From Mobula hypostoma (Eukaryota): a stretch of DNA of 64,000 nt. Shown here piece after piece: positions 62,276-64,000 of this stretch; within the stretch, counting starts at the first letter, position 1, and every line of letters begins with the position of its first letter. The position numbers were made by a program, and so were the translations under genes. Below the pieces are notes generated by a model. The model made no database searches, was not told the DNA's origin, and saw nothing but the letters and a program-made list of their open reading frames with translations. Where the stretch lies: the NCBI RefSeq assembly GCF_963921235.1, contig NC_086097.1, forward strand, positions 149,606,001 to 149,670,000, in the 5' to 3' direction.

Positions 62276-64000
62276 ATTGAGTGCAAGAGGGAGGACAGGC
62301 AGGTGATAGAGAAGGGACGCGCTCCGACGGAAGGTTTGAGTTGTGTCTATTTTAACACAAGGAGTGTTGTGAACAAAGTGGATGAGCTTAGGGTGTGAAT
62401 CAGTACTTGGAAATATGATGGGGTGGCCATTACAGAGACTTGGATGACTCAGGGAATGGTTACTTAAAGTGCCAGGTTTTGTATGTTTCAGAAAGGACAG
62501 GGAGGGAGGCAAAAGAGGTGTGGGCGTGGCACTGTTGATCAGAGATAGTGTCACGGCTGCAGAAAAGGTGGACGCCATGAAAAGATTGTCTACAGAGTCT
62601 CTGTGGGTGGAGGTTAGGAACAGGAAGAGGTCAATAGCTCTACTGGGTGTTTTTTATAGGCCGCCCAATAGTAACAGGGATATCGAGGAGCAGATAGGGA
62701 AACAGATCCTGGAAAGGTATAATAATAACAGAGTTGTCGTGGTGGGAGATTTTAATTTCCCAGATATCTATTGGCATCTCCCAAGAGCAAGCGGTTTAGA
62801 TGGGGTGGAGTTTGTTAGGTGTGTTCAGGAAGGTTCCTTGACACAACATGTAGATAAGCCTACAAGAGGAGAGACTGTACTTGATTTGGTATTCAGAAAT
62901 GAAGCTGGTCAGATGTCAGATCTCTCAGTGGAAGAGCATTTTGGAGATGGTGATCATAATTCTATCTCCTTTACAATAGCATTGGAGAGAGATAGGAACA
63001 GACAAGTTAGAAAAGCATTTAATTGGAGTAATGGGAATTATGAGGCTATCAGGCAGGAAATTGGAAGCTTAAATTGGGAACGGGTCTTCTCAGGGAAAGG
63101 TACGGAAGAAATGTGGCAAATGTTCAGGGGAGATTTGTGTGGAATTCTGCATAGGTACGTTCCAATGAGACAACGAAATTATGGTAGGGTACAGGAACCG
63201 TGATGTACAAAGGCTGTAATAAATCTAGTCAAGAAAAGAAAAGCTTACAAAATGTTCAGACAGTTAGGTAATGTTAGAGATCTTGAAGATTATAAGGCTA
63301 ATAGAAAGGAGCTTAAGGAGGAAATTAGGAGAGCCAGAAGGGGCCATGAGAAGGCCTTGGTGAGCAGGATTGAGGAAAAACCCCAAGGCATTCTACAAGT
63401 TTGTGAAGAACAAGAGGATAAGACATAATAGAATACGACCTATCAAGTGTGACAATGGGAAAGTGTGTATTGAACCGGGGGAAATAGCAGAAGTACTTAA
63501 TGAATACTTTACTTCAGTATTTACTATGGAAAAGGAACTTGGTGATTATGATTGCTGAGCCTCTGGCAGTAACCTTTGCATCATCAATGGGGGCGGGACA
63601 GGTTCCGGAGGATTGGACGGTTGCAGATGTTTTTCCTTTATTCAAGAAAGGGAGTAGAGATAGCTGAGGAAATTATAGTCCAGTGAGTCTTACTTCAGTG
63701 GTTGTTAAGTTGATGGAGAAGATCCTGAGAGGCAGGATTTATGAACATTTGGAGAGGTATAATATGATTAGGAATAGTCAGTATGGCTTTGTCAAGGGCA
63801 GGTCATGCCTTATAAGCATGATTGAATTTTTTGAGGATGTGACTAAACATATTGATGAAGGAAGAGCAGTAGATGTAGTGCATATGGATTTCAGCAAGGC
63901 ATTTGATAAGGTACCCCAAGAAAGGCTTATTGAGAAAGTAAGGAGGCATGGGATCCAAGGGGACATTGCTTTGTGGATCCAGAACTGACGTGCACAGAAG
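62276..64000 (+). mobile_element. CR1 LINE ORF2 (APE endonuclease plus RT start), runs off the window
   Basis: AITETW, DREGGKRGVGVAL, GVFYRPPNS, VVVGDFNFPDI, GDGDHNSI, NPKAFYK, SQYGFVKGRSC, MDFSKAFDKVP; frameshifts and a deletion near 63550. Confidence 0.92.

Noticed and set aside
62469-63203. Longest ORF (244 aa) as a host endonuclease gene
   Set aside because: It is the CR1 APE domain, flanked by stops and frameshifts and contiguous with CR1 RT.
112-63988. Remaining 60-160-aa ORFs in the track as genes
   Set aside because: They are sense or antisense frames of decayed transposons or chance ORFs, many with non-ATG starts.

Overview
Vertebrate nuclear DNA, very probably from a cartilaginous fish (ray or shark, judged from the repeat families). 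The window is mostly intronic and dominated by decayed transposons: CR1, Rex1/Babar, RTE, L1, L2, Penelope-like, Gypsy, Tc1, V-SINEs and an Academ DNA transposon. The only host coding sequence I can support is absent from the ORF track: two minus-strand exons of SLA (Src-like adaptor). These are the initiator exon (4034-4127, MGNTLKS...) and the 100-nt first SH3 exon (717-816), with candidate 5'-leader exons further right. In mammals SLA lies antisense inside a large thyroglobulin intron, so this may be the orthologous intron; I found no TG exon. Notable structures: (i) several very short, TSD-flanked Penelope terminal insertions carrying minimal hammerhead-ribozyme cores, some forming fold-back hairpins; (ii) an RTE LINE with L1-style twin-priming inversion geometry; (iii) a 3.3-kb AcademX derivative with both termini that keeps the XPG-like nuclease and Cys-rich finger but appears to lack the transposase core; (iv) a 15+10-nt regularly spaced repeat at a CR1 junction. 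I see no evidence for a wholly new gene system. All family assignments come from motif recognition, not database searches, and many repeat boundaries are approximate.
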